Below, piece after piece: positions 28,651 through 38,067 of a DNA stretch of 64,000 nucleotides. Origin of the DNA: Planctomycetota bacterium. GTDB lineage: Bacteria > Planctomycetota > UBA8108 > SXIK01. The stretch covers positions 3,808,001 to 3,872,000 of the forward strand of contig CBDCXR010000004.1 in the NCBI GenBank assembly GCA_965223845.1. The letters run 5' to 3'. A model generated the notes under the pieces. The model saw only the letters and a list, made by a program, of their open reading frames with translations, ran no database searches and was not told the origin of the DNA. Numbering within the stretch: the stretch's first letter is position 1; each line of letters opens with the position of its first letter. Both the position numbers and the translations under genes were made by a program.

Positions 28651-31600
28651 TCACGCCTTCGCGAGGTAGATCACAACTTCGGTTCCAGCGCCCGTGGCGG
28701 CCTTGAGGCGGAGGTCCCCTCCGTGTCCTCGCACCGCGCCGTATGCGATCGAGAGCCCGATCCCTGAATTGCCGTCGGACAGCTTGGTCGTGAAGAACGG
28801 CTCGAGAGCGCGCTCGCGCTCGGGCTCGTTCATCCCGGGGCCGCTGTCTCGGATGCGCACTTCAACGTACGCTCCGTCGAGAAGCCCCCCGGGATCGTCC
28901 ACGAGACGAGTGTTCGACGTGCGAACGGTCAGCGTACCCGTCGTCGCCATCGCTTCTCGCGCGTTCCGAAGGATCGCCTCGAAGGCGGCGGACAGTCGAT
29001 TCCGCTGCGCGCGAACCGGCCACAGTCCGACTTGCGCGCGAAAATCGACTCGCACGCCGCCCCGGCTCGCCGTCTCGGCATCGACGAGCGACTGGAGAAG
29101 AGCGTTGAGATCGATCTCCTCTTCCGGCTCCGACGAATCGTTCGCGCTGCCGCAGAAGAGAGCCAGCCGATCGGTGAGCTCCTGGGCCTCGGTAAGACGT
29201 TCGAGCAGACGGTCGTCGACGCTGGGAGGATGTTCCTCGGAGCCGAGAAACGCGTCCAGGTGGTCGAGGATCCCGCGCAAGTCGCGAGAGAGTCGGCGCG
29301 AGAGTCCTTGGAGACTCTCGAGACGACGATCGCGCTCGCGAAGCGCCGCGACGCGCGCCTCCCGAGTCTCTTCGACGACGACGACGACACGGGTTCGTTG
29401 CCCACCCCCGATCGTGAATCCGCGCAAACGAAAGATCCGCTCGTCGGCGTCGTTCGGGCGGAACCCCTGAATCGAAAACGGTTCTCCCGCCGCGAGCATG
29501 CGAAGAGGAGCGTCGAGGTCGCGATGCGCGAAGAAGGGGAGGAGCGTGAGGGGCCGTCCGACGACATCGTCGAGTCGCGCCGGATCGATTCCGAGGCTCT
29601 CGGCGGCATTCCCGTTGAAGTCGATGACGCGGCCGCCGGCGTCGAGGACGAAAAGCGGATGGGGATAACTCGCGAACAGCGCGCGGTACCGCGTCTGTCG
29701 CCGGCGGTGCGCGAGCGACCACCGAAGCACGATCGCCAGCGCAGCGAGCCCGACGATCGCCGCCACGGCGAGGAGCGCGCTCGTGACCCAGTCCCGCGAC
29801 GGCGCGAAGCCTGCGACGGAAAACCGGTGCACGATCGGCTCCCGGCAACTGTTGCCGTCGCGATCGCGCACCTCGACTTCGAGGACGTGATCCCCCGCGG
29901 CCAGCGGCCCCACACGAAGCGAGCTCTCGTGCGAGAACACGGACCACGGCTCGTTGTCGACGCGAGTGCGGTAGAGAAGCTCCCCGGGCGGCGTATCACC
30001 CCGGTGATCGTTCGCTCCCCACGAAAACGTGCCGACGCCGTCCTCATCGATCTCGTTCGGCAGGTCGCGGTGCGTGAAGCGAGGCGGGCGCCGCCCCTCG
30101 AGCGGTCGGTAGCGCCACACGCCTTGTCCATGAGTTCCGATGAGGAGAGTTCCCGGCTCCGAAACCGATGGAAAGACCGGCCAAACGCCGCTCCAACGAT
30201 CGCCGGCCGAGCCGACGGGGACGTCGTAGAAACATTCGCCGTCGAAGCGGGTAAGCCCTCGATCCGTCCCGAACCAGAGATCGTCCCCGAGAGTCCTGAT
30301 CGACCACACCGCGCTCGAAATCTCGCGAAAGCTCTCGACCTCGTCGCCACGGATGCGGCTCACCCCGGTGGCGGAGTCCGGGTAGCAGACCCAGATCGAT
30401 CCGTCGGAACCTTCCGCGACCGACCACGTCGCGGACGAGAGCAGCCCGTCGTCGAGATCCCACTGCTGCTCCGGGACGAATCGCGGCTCGCCGACTTCCT
30501 CGCCGGAGAGAAACCGGCCACGAAAGACGCCGCGATCGGTAGCGAGCCAGAGCTCACCCGTCCGGAGGCGAAGGAGGTCGTTGACCGCGTACCGGCCGCC
30601 CTCGAGGCTCACCGTCTCGAATTGGGATCCGGTGAGCACCGAATGACGAAAGATCGCCGAGCTCGGGCCGTCGACGTCGCGGTGCGGGAGAAACCACAGC
30701 TCGCCGCGCCAATCCTTCACAATCCGGGCGATGCGGTGATCGCGAAGGCCCGGCGCGGTGACGCGGTGCCAATTGATCCCGTCGTAGACGTGCGCACCCA
30801 AGAACGCGTTCGAAGTGATCCAGACTCGTCCTTCGCCGTCTTCGGCGAGGCCGGTGACGCGCGGAAACGGAAACGACTGAATCCGTCCGCTGCGTTCGTG
30901 GAGCACGACGGCACTGTCCATGCCGGCGAAGACGTCCCCGCCGCTGGTTTCGATGAGACTGAGAACACTCGGATGGACTCCCTCGTGCCCGGTCTCGACG
31001 TGCGACCAGCGACGCGACTCGGGATCGAAGACGGCGATTCCTCCCGGTCCCACGCGGAACCAGACGACGCCCGAGGTGTCGACGATCTCCGCCGCGAGCG
31101 CGACCGACCCGATGCCCAGCTCCGCCGCCGTCTCCCAATCGCGACCGTCCGGCGAGACGATGACTCGGCCGTCCTCGGTCGTCGCGACGTAGATGCCGTC
31201 GTGGAGGCGGAGGATCCTCGTCACGCTTCGATCCGGCGCACTCGCCGGACGCCAAACCTCGCCGTCGAGTCGAGCGAGAATGCCCGACGCCCCGGTCTCG
31301 GTGCTCGCATCGTCGCGCGGGACGAACCATCCCCACAGCTCGGCGCTCTCTTCCCCGCCGATCGGATCGCCCGCTGCTCGCCGCGGCGACGCTTCGTGCT
31401 CGACGCGGAAAAACCGCACGCAAACCTGGTCGCCGAGCCGCGGATCGACCTCCCGGCGTTCGACCCGTTTCCACCGCTTTCGACTGAGATCGCGCGTGAA
31501 GAGATCGAACGTCGTCGCGATCCAGTGGCGGCCGTCTCCGGCGACTGCGTACGCGCGGATCTCGCCGGTCACGTTGAGAAGAGGCTGATCCTCCGGGTCG

Positions 31601-32172
31601 AGAGGAGAGAGAGCCTCGCGGCGAATCTTGAAGTGACGGCGCTCCCCGCCGTCGAGAAGAAAGAGCTCGCCGAAACGTCCGCGCGCGAGAAAGAGACTCT
31701 GGCCTCGGTACACCGGTTCGAGGACGCCCTCGCCGAGGAGACGCCAGAGCACGCCCGCGCCGAGCGCGTAGATCTCCTTGAGCGACTCGGCGATCGTCGT
31801 GATGTCCGGCGCCGGATTCCCCGCCGGGAACGGAAACACGTCCCACTGCCACAGGTCGTAGCGGCACACACCGAGATTCGTCGCGGCGTAGACCTCGTTC
31901 GTGCTCGCTTGAAGGAGAGCCGTCACCGAGTTCGAGTTGAGTCCGTCCTCGCGCGAGTAGCTGTTCCAGCGCCACGCTTCGCCGAGCGCCGCTCGCAGCC
32001 GCAGAGCGCCGGCCGTCAACTCCGTCGCCGGGGCAGCTCTCGCCGGGATCGCCGGTTCGAACTGCCCCTGCGCCGGTACTACGGAGGCGCAGATGAGAGA
32101 TGCACCCACACCAACCGCGGAGACCCTACGCCGAAGGCGAGCGGCAACGCAGACAGAGCGGCGTGCGTTCAA
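28651..32172 (-). CDS. Membrane sensor histidine-kinase-like protein: beta-propeller + Y_Y_Y-like + TM + PAS + degenerate DHp + HATPase
   Basis: EDGLNSNSVTAL, DGLLSS..WSVAEGSDGSIW and LWFGTDRGL propeller repeats; LYRTRVD..W; TM helix; N, G1, F and G2 boxes (RNAREAM, DSGPGM, EPFFTTK, GIGL). TTG start inferred from the TTGA overlap. Confidence 0.85.
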   Translation of the reverse strand: MNARRSVCVAARLRRRVSAVGVGASLICASVVPAQGQFEPAIPARAAPATELTAGALRLRAALGEAWRWNSYSREDGLNSNSVTALLQASTNEVYAATNLGVCRYDLWQWDVFPFPAGNPAPDITTIAESLKEIYALGAGVLWRLLGEGVLEPVYRGQSLFLARGRFGELFLLDGGERRHFKIRREALSPLDPEDQPLLNVTGEIRAYAVAGDGRHWIATTFDLFTRDLSRKRWKRVERREVDPRLGDQVCVRFFRVEHEASPRRAAGDPIGGEESAELWGWFVPRDDASTETGASGILARLDGEVWRPASAPDRSVTRILRLHDGIYVATTEDGRVIVSPDGRDWETAAELGIGSVALAAEIVDTSGVVWFRVGPGGIAVFDPESRRWSHVETGHEGVHPSVLSLIETSGGDVFAGMDSAVVLHERSGRIQSFPFPRVTGLAEDGEGRVWITSNAFLGAHVYDGINWHRVTAPGLRDHRIARIVKDWRGELWFLPHRDVDGPSSAIFRHSVLTGSQFETVSLEGGRYAVNDLLRLRTGELWLATDRGVFRGRFLSGEEVGEPRFVPEQQWDLDDGLLSSATWSVAEGSDGSIWVCYPDSATGVSRIRGDEVESFREISSAVWSIRTLGDDLWFGTDRGLTRFDGECFYDVPVGSAGDRWSGVWPVFPSVSEPGTLLIGTHGQGVWRYRPLEGRRPPRFTHRDLPNEIDEDGVGTFSWGANDHRGDTPPGELLYRTRVDNEPWSVFSHESSLRVGPLAAGDHVLEVEVRDRDGNSCREPIVHRFSVAGFAPSRDWVTSALLAVAAIVGLAALAIVLRWSLAHRRRQTRYRALFASYPHPLFVLDAGGRVIDFNGNAAESLGIDPARLDDVVGRPLTLLPFFAHRDLDAPLRMLAAGEPFSIQGFRPNDADERIFRLRGFTIGGGQRTRVVVVVEETREARVAALRERDRRLESLQGLSRRLSRDLRGILDHLDAFLGSEEHPPSVDDRLLERLTEAQELTDRLALFCGSANDSSEPEEEIDLNALLQSLVDAETASRGGVRVDFRAQVGLWPVRAQRNRLSAAFEAILRNAREAMATTGTLTVRTSNTRLVDDPGGLLDGAYVEVRIRDSGPGMNEPERERALEPFFTTKLSDGNSGIGLSIAYGAVRGHGGDLRLKAATGAGTEVVIYLAKA

Positions 32173-32483
32173 GGGCGGGCGGGCGGCGGATCTCCTGCAG
32201 CCGCGCTCCCCTGGGCGACCGCCGCGACTCCGGAGAGGCTCTCGGCGCGCGCGACGCGGGCGATGAATACCGCGAGCCCTGCGCCGATGCTGAGAACGAC
32301 ACCGAGCATAAAGAGGATGCTCCAGTAGAGGCCCGCCGCCAGACTCCCCTGCGAATCGCCGCCGTCCGATCGAGCGCTGTCCTCGACGGCCTCGCCGCAC
32401 ATCGCACACTGGGCGGTGAGCTCCGGTGCGAACGCTGCAAAGGAGAGGGCGACGATGACGAACATGCGCGCGGGAGTGTTCAT
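32169..32483 (-). CDS. Small exported, membrane-anchored CxxC protein
   Basis: Signal peptide, then QCAMC, then TM helix GLYWSILFMLGVV. Confidence 0.75.
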   Translation of the reverse strand: MNTPARMFVIVALSFAAFAPELTAQCAMCGEAVEDSARSDGGDSQGSLAAGLYWSILFMLGVVLSIGAGLAVFIARVARAESLSGVAAVAQGSAAAGDPPPARP

Positions 32484-32733
32484 GCTCTAATTCTATCCCG
32501 GACCGCGCGGGAGTTTCTACTCCGCCGCACGTTTCTCGGCGGACGCGGGCTGGGCCGGCTCGGTTTCGCGCGCGCCCCGGGCAGCGCGCCGCGATACGAT
32601 GCGCTCGCGGTCGATTTCCGACCGATCATAGGCCCCACCCACTCGAAATCGACGAGCTCCCACGATGCCGTTTCTCCCTCGACGTCGACCCGACGAACGT
32701 GTGCGCAGAGATCGAACGCCGCACGCATACACG

Positions 32734-35418
32734 ATGTCTCCCTCCTCGATCGCGTTTCCACTCGTCGCCGGCGTGCTGGTCGCGAAACTCGCGTTCGGAG
32801 ACCCGACCGCCCTCCCTCTGGACCGCGGCGCCGCGGGACTCGAGCGCGCGCTGAAGCAGCTCTCGACGACGGCGAGCGTTCTCCACGTCGTCGCCCACCC
32901 CGACGACGAAGACGGCCCGCTCCTCACCTACCTCGCGCGCGGGCGCGGTGTGCGTACGATGGCCCTCTCGCTCACACGCGGTGAAGGCGGCGCAAATCTC
33001 ATCGCACCGTATTTCTTCGATGAGCTCGGCGTCCTTCGCACGCTCGAATACCTCGAGGCGAATCGCTACTACGGCGTCGAACAGTTCTTCACCCGCGCCG
33101 CAGACTACGGGTACTCGAAACAGCTCTCCGAAGCCCAGCGCAAGTGGAAGGGATCCGAGATCCTGCTCGAGGACATGGTTCGCGTGATCCGCCGCGAGCG
33201 CCCGGACGTCGTGATCTCGCGCTTCTGGGGCGGGCGGAGAGACGGTCACGGTCACCACACCCTCGCGGGTGTCCTCACGCCGGAGGCCTGCGCCGCCGCC
33301 GCGGATCCGGAACGCTTCCCCGATCAACTGCGCGAAGGGCTCTTTCCCTGGCGAGTGAAGAAGCTCTACCGCGGGAACATCCGCCCCGAGCGCCGCGCGG
33401 AGGACGCGGAGGCGTGGACGGTGAAGGTCGATGCGGGCGAGTACGATCCCCTCCTCGGGGCGTCGTACTACCAGATCGCGCGCCGGGGCTACGGTTTCCA
33501 TCGCTCCCAGGGGATCCTCCATCACGACGGTCGCGCCGGCAGCCGCGTCAGCCACTACCAGCTCATTCCGGCCGACTCGGACGAGCGCGTCGTAGAGGAA
33601 AGCCTGTTCGACGGCCTCGATACGACCCTTCGCGGTCTCACCGAATACTGGAGTGGCGAGACTCCGGCTTGGCTCGTCGACGGACTCGATCGGACTGCGG
33701 ACTGGATCGCCTCCGCCCGTTCAGAATTCCGCGCGGACGATCCGCCGCGTATCGTTCCCCCGCTCGCGAACGCGCTGCGCTCGGTGCGCTCGCTCTCGAG
33801 TCAACTCTTCGACACGAGCTCCGGCACGCCCGAAAGCCATCGCGAGATCGCACGGCACCTCGCGCGGAAGGAACACGAACTCGAGCGCGCGCTCAGCCTC
33901 GCGCTCGGAATCGATCTCGAGGCGGCCGCGGGGAGAGACTCGCTCACCGGTTCGTCGCCCTTCTCACGCTCGAGCACGTTCGCCCACGCGACCCCGGGAC
34001 AGATGTTCGACGTCGGTGTACGCCTCGTGCATCGCAGCCGCGTCCCGGTCGAGTTTCTGAAGGCGACGCTGAGCCTACCTCCGGGTTGGAGCTCGATGCT
34101 TCGAGACGCGACTCCGCCCGACTCGAATCTCGCTTACAACGGCGAAGCCCGGGCGAAGTTCAGCGTCGCGGTACCTTCCGCAGCATCGCCCACCCGACCG
34201 TACTGGCGACGCGCATCGATTTCCGACGCGTTTTACGACGTCGTCGATTCGCTCGCGACGCTGCCGTTCGCCCCGCCGCCGGCGTCCTGCCGCGCGACGA
34301 TTCGCGTCGCCGGCGTCGAGGTCTCGGTCGACACTCCGGTCCGCCTCGTCCTTCGCGATCCGGGGCTCGGGACTCGCTATCCGCCGCTCGCCGTCGCGCC
34401 ACCGGTCAGCGTTCGATTCGCCGAGGGCGCGGGGATCCTGCCGCGCGGCAGGACGCGCTACGAGCTCACCGTGACCGTCCGCGGCGACGTCGCGGGCGGC
34501 GCATCGGGCGACGTGCGCCTCCAGGTCCCCGCCGGCTGGTCCGTCGAACCGGCGAGTGCGCCGTTTCGATTCGATCGCGAGGGCGCCGAGTCGACGCTCC
34601 GCTTCACGCTCTCGGCGCCGACGGAGCCCGCCGGCGAACGGTACGAAATCCGCGCGATCGCACGCCACGCGGACCGTGAGTACTCCGAAGGCTACCGGAC
34701 GATCGAAGCACGCGACGTCGGCCGCTACGATTACTATCTACCCGCGATTCACCGAGTGCGCGTCGTCGACGTCAACCTCGCGAACGACCTCGCCATCGCT
34801 TACGTGACGGGTTCCGGAGACGACATTCCGCAGAGCCTCCGTTTCCTCGGAATCGCGCCGACGCTTCTCGATTCCGAGACGCTCCAGAGCGGTGACCTCG
34901 ATCGCTTCGACGCGATCGTCGTCGGCGTTCGGGCCTACGCGGTCCGAGAAGACGTCCGCCGCGTCAACTCGCGCCTCCTCGGCTACGTCGAACGCGGCGG
35001 CGTCCTCGTCGTTCAGTACCAGACGCCCGAGTTCGATCGAAACTTCGGCCCGTATCCGTATTCGATGGGACGCGCCGAAGAAGTGAGCGAGGAAGACGCC
35101 GCGGTCCGCATCCTCGCCCCGGAACATCCGCTTTTCACACAGCCGAATGCGATCGCCGCCGCCGACTTCGACGACTGGGTTGAGCAGCGCGGCTCGAAGT
35201 TCTGGGCGACCTGGGATGAGCGATACACACCGCTTCTCGAATGCCACGACGAAGACCAGGAACCACAACGCGGCGGGATGCTCTACGCACGCTCCGGAAA
35301 GGGCGCATACATCTACAGCGCGTACGCATGGTACCGCCAGCTTCCCGCGGGAGTTCCCGGTGCGTTCAGGATCTACGCCAACCTGCTGTCCCACCGGAGA
35401 ACTCTCGAGTCTCGCTAG
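32734..35418 (+). CDS. Secreted PIG-L/LmbE family deacetylase with NEW3-like and C-terminal GATase-like domains
   Basis: AHPDDED, LTRGEGGAN, DYGYSK, DGHGHH; VPAGWSVEP; YRQLPAGVPGAFR. Confidence 0.88.
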   Translation: MSPSSIAFPLVAGVLVAKLAFGDPTALPLDRGAAGLERALKQLSTTASVLHVVAHPDDEDGPLLTYLARGRGVRTMALSLTRGEGGANLIAPYFFDELGVLRTLEYLEANRYYGVEQFFTRAADYGYSKQLSEAQRKWKGSEILLEDMVRVIRRERPDVVISRFWGGRRDGHGHHTLAGVLTPEACAAAADPERFPDQLREGLFPWRVKKLYRGNIRPERRAEDAEAWTVKVDAGEYDPLLGASYYQIARRGYGFHRSQGILHHDGRAGSRVSHYQLIPADSDERVVEESLFDGLDTTLRGLTEYWSGETPAWLVDGLDRTADWIASARSEFRADDPPRIVPPLANALRSVRSLSSQLFDTSSGTPESHREIARHLARKEHELERALSLALGIDLEAAAGRDSLTGSSPFSRSSTFAHATPGQMFDVGVRLVHRSRVPVEFLKATLSLPPGWSSMLRDATPPDSNLAYNGEARAKFSVAVPSAASPTRPYWRRASISDAFYDVVDSLATLPFAPPPASCRATIRVAGVEVSVDTPVRLVLRDPGLGTRYPPLAVAPPVSVRFAEGAGILPRGRTRYELTVTVRGDVAGGASGDVRLQVPAGWSVEPASAPFRFDREGAESTLRFTLSAPTEPAGERYEIRAIARHADREYSEGYRTIEARDVGRYDYYLPAIHRVRVVDVNLANDLAIAYVTGSGDDIPQSLRFLGIAPTLLDSETLQSGDLDRFDAIVVGVRAYAVREDVRRVNSRLLGYVERGGVLVVQYQTPEFDRNFGPYPYSMGRAEEVSEEDAAVRILAPEHPLFTQPNAIAAADFDDWVEQRGSKFWATWDERYTPLLECHDEDQEPQRGGMLYARSGKGAYIYSAYAWYRQLPAGVPGAFRIYANLLSHRRTLESR

Positions 35419-35594
35419 CCTACTTTGGGGCCAACGAGCCGGTCGGAGAACCGGTTCGACGACGCGGAACGAACCATCTCCGGCGGCATCGCGAGGTACG
35501 GGAAGAGTCGTCGCAGAGTCGCGAAGAGGAGACCGCCCGAGATGGTTTCCGCTCGCGGTTTCTTGGACGGGTTCTCAGCTCGTGCGCACCGCTG

Positions 35595-37721
35595 TCACTC
35601 GCCCGCTTTGTCTTCGCTTCCCTCTTCGGACGACTCGGAGTCCTCGTCCTTCTCCTTCTCCGGAGCGTACTCGAGCTCCGGAGCCGGCGGTTCACCGCCG
35701 TCGCCTTTCAAGTAGTGCTCGAACCACCGCAGCATCCGCAGGTGGTAATCGAAGCGCGCCGCCGACTTCCGGTTGCCGTGGCCTTCTCCCGGATAGAGGA
35801 CGAGGCGCACGGGTGTCTTCCCGAGATGGCGAAGGTGACGGTAGAGCTCCATCGACTGGCTCGGATGGACGCGGGTGTCCTCTTTACCGTGGAGAATGAG
35901 GAGTGGCGTGCGCGACTTCTCGACGTGGTAGATGGGACTTCGTTCGAGGAACCATTCCCAATTGCCGTAGAGTTTCTTTCGCGCGTGGACGAGGAACATC
36001 TCGTTCGGGATGTCCGTCGTACCGAACTTCGAGATTTGATCGCTGATACCGACGAACATCACGCCAGCCGCGAAGCGCTCGGAGTGATAGGTCGAGCACC
36101 ACGCCGTCGCGAAGCCGCCGTAGGACCCGCCCGTGACACCGACTTTATCCTTGTCGACGAGTCCGATCGAAACGAGGTGATCGACGGTGTCGACGAGGTC
36201 GTCGAACTCCTTCCCCGCGTAGTCACTCTGGCCGAGCTTCGAGAACGCGACTCCGCGTCCCGTACTGCCGCGGTAGTTGGGGTGGAACACCGCAAAGCCG
36301 CGTGCCGAGGCGACCTGACCCGGTCCCGAGTAGAACGATGTCCACCCGTTTCGATCGTGAGCCTCGGGTCCACCGTGAACGCGAAGGATCAGCGGGTACC
36401 GTTCGCCCTCTTTCTCGTCGAGCGGTCGAATCAGGATCCCCTCGAGCTCGAGACCGTCGCGCGCTTTGTAGCGGACGATCTCCTGCTTCGCAAAGCGCAT
36501 CGCGTCGAGCCAGTCGTTGCTCGTCGTCAAACGACGCGGCGATTCTTCCGATGTCCGGAGCGCAAAGACCTCATTCGGGTACTCGGGATGACTCGAGAGG
36601 AACGCGATGCGCGAGCCGTCGCGCGAGATCGAGAGATCGGACGCGACGAGCGATCCCTTCTCGACGAGCACACGCGGCTTCTCGGCGTCGATGTGATACT
36701 CGCCGATCGAGCACGTCGCCCCGACCGAGGCGATGTAGCTCACGGTGAAGTCGTCCTTCCAAACGATCGCGTCAAAGTCGCCCTCTCCCGGAAACGGAAG
36801 CTGCTTCGGCGCGCCGCCGACGGCGGGTACGACCATGAGTCGCCCGGCGTTCGGATCGTGGATGTCCTCGGCCGAGAGAAACGCGAGCTTCGTTCCGCTC
36901 GGATTCCAGGCGAGGGGCCCGAGCTTCCCCGGCGTGTCGAAGACGGCGAAGACTTGCGCCGACTCGACGTCGACCACGTGGATCTTTCGCTTCATGAACC
37001 AGTCGTCGATGAGCGGGGTCGGCGCGATCGTGAGCGCGAGGCGGTCGCCGCGCGGCGACCAGTGAAGATCGGACGGGAATCCCTCGATCTCGAGCGCTCG
37101 CGGCTCATCGTCGCTGTTGATCGAGCCGACGAGGACGCGCGTCGGGCGAAACTCTTCTTCGTAGATCTGCTGATTGAAACCCTTCTCGACGAGAGACTTT
37201 CGATCGTCGGCGACCGGGTCGGTCGCGATGAACGCGACGCGCTTCCCGTCCGGACTCCACGAGTAGGACGCTATGTCACTCTTATGAGAGAGAACCTTGC
37301 TCGCCTCACCACCGTCGATCGGGATGACGTAAAGACTTCGGTGAGCGTCTTTCCCGCGTTTCGCGAGAAACGAAATTCCGGTTCCGTCGGGCGTCCACTC
37401 GACTTGACCGACGCTCACTTCACCGCTCACGTACGGTCGCGAAGTGCCGTCCGCGCCGATCACGTGAAGCTCGGCCCACGACGAGCCGGACGGCTCGGCG
37501 ACCGGCGTTCTCGGGACGCGGAGAACGTACGCGATGCGCTGCCCGTCCGGCGCGATCCGCGCGGACGAGACCATGCGGAGCTTCGCCACGTGCTCGGGAG
37601 TGAACACCTCGCCGGCGGAGTCGTTCGCGACCGGAGTGTCCGAGTCGTCCGCGGCGACGGCGAGAGTGGCGATGCTGGCGAAGAGCGCGGCGGACGCAAC
37701 AAGCACAGTACGTTCGTTCAT
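35595..37721 (-). CDS. Secreted S9 family (prolyl oligo/acylaminoacyl) peptidase
   Basis: Signal peptide, WSPDG propeller repeats, VHGGP, PNYRGS, GGSYGG nucleophile, HGKEDTRV, YPGEGHG. Confidence 0.93.
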   Translation of the reverse strand: MNERTVLVASAALFASIATLAVAADDSDTPVANDSAGEVFTPEHVAKLRMVSSARIAPDGQRIAYVLRVPRTPVAEPSGSSWAELHVIGADGTSRPYVSGEVSVGQVEWTPDGTGISFLAKRGKDAHRSLYVIPIDGGEASKVLSHKSDIASYSWSPDGKRVAFIATDPVADDRKSLVEKGFNQQIYEEEFRPTRVLVGSINSDDEPRALEIEGFPSDLHWSPRGDRLALTIAPTPLIDDWFMKRKIHVVDVESAQVFAVFDTPGKLGPLAWNPSGTKLAFLSAEDIHDPNAGRLMVVPAVGGAPKQLPFPGEGDFDAIVWKDDFTVSYIASVGATCSIGEYHIDAEKPRVLVEKGSLVASDLSISRDGSRIAFLSSHPEYPNEVFALRTSEESPRRLTTSNDWLDAMRFAKQEIVRYKARDGLELEGILIRPLDEKEGERYPLILRVHGGPEAHDRNGWTSFYSGPGQVASARGFAVFHPNYRGSTGRGVAFSKLGQSDYAGKEFDDLVDTVDHLVSIGLVDKDKVGVTGGSYGGFATAWCSTYHSERFAAGVMFVGISDQISKFGTTDIPNEMFLVHARKKLYGNWEWFLERSPIYHVEKSRTPLLILHGKEDTRVHPSQSMELYRHLRHLGKTPVRLVLYPGEGHGNRKSAARFDYHLRMLRWFEHYLKGDGGEPPAPELEYAPEKEKDEDSESSEEGSEDKAGE

Positions 37722-37874
37722 GACGATTCGTTTCCGTCGAAAGACAAGCACACCCGCAGAGCGGCGGACAAAACTCCCGCTCTGGTTGCTGGTGCGCGCA
37801 AGATCGGAGGCGCCGCCCGCATCGGAGGTCGGGTTCCGGCGCACGAAGACCATCGGATTTCGAGACCCACGGTC

Positions 37875-37903
37875 ACGATGACCGCGCGCTTCTTCCGGGT
37901 CAA
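37875..37903 (-). promoter_or_regulatory. Candidate sigma70 promoter for the S9 peptidase
   Basis: Minus strand TTGACC-N17-CATCGT. Confidence 0.45.
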
Positions 37904-38067
37904 CCGATTCCTAGCGTCGGCATCAGCGGGCGCGATCTTCGGCGCGGGAACGTCCAAAGCGCCGGGACGGGGTTTTCGGAACGAGCTCCACTCGTCCGGC
38001 CGCCCGCGCTTCAGCCGGACGGGGGCGCGGCGGAGAAACTGTCCGAAATCCCGACGAACGGGCCCTC

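Noticed and set aside
29032-32328. 1098-aa plus-strand ORF
   Set aside because: Antisense shadow of the sensor kinase; Arg/Ala-rich with no motifs. High-GC codon bias leaves the reverse frame stop-poor.
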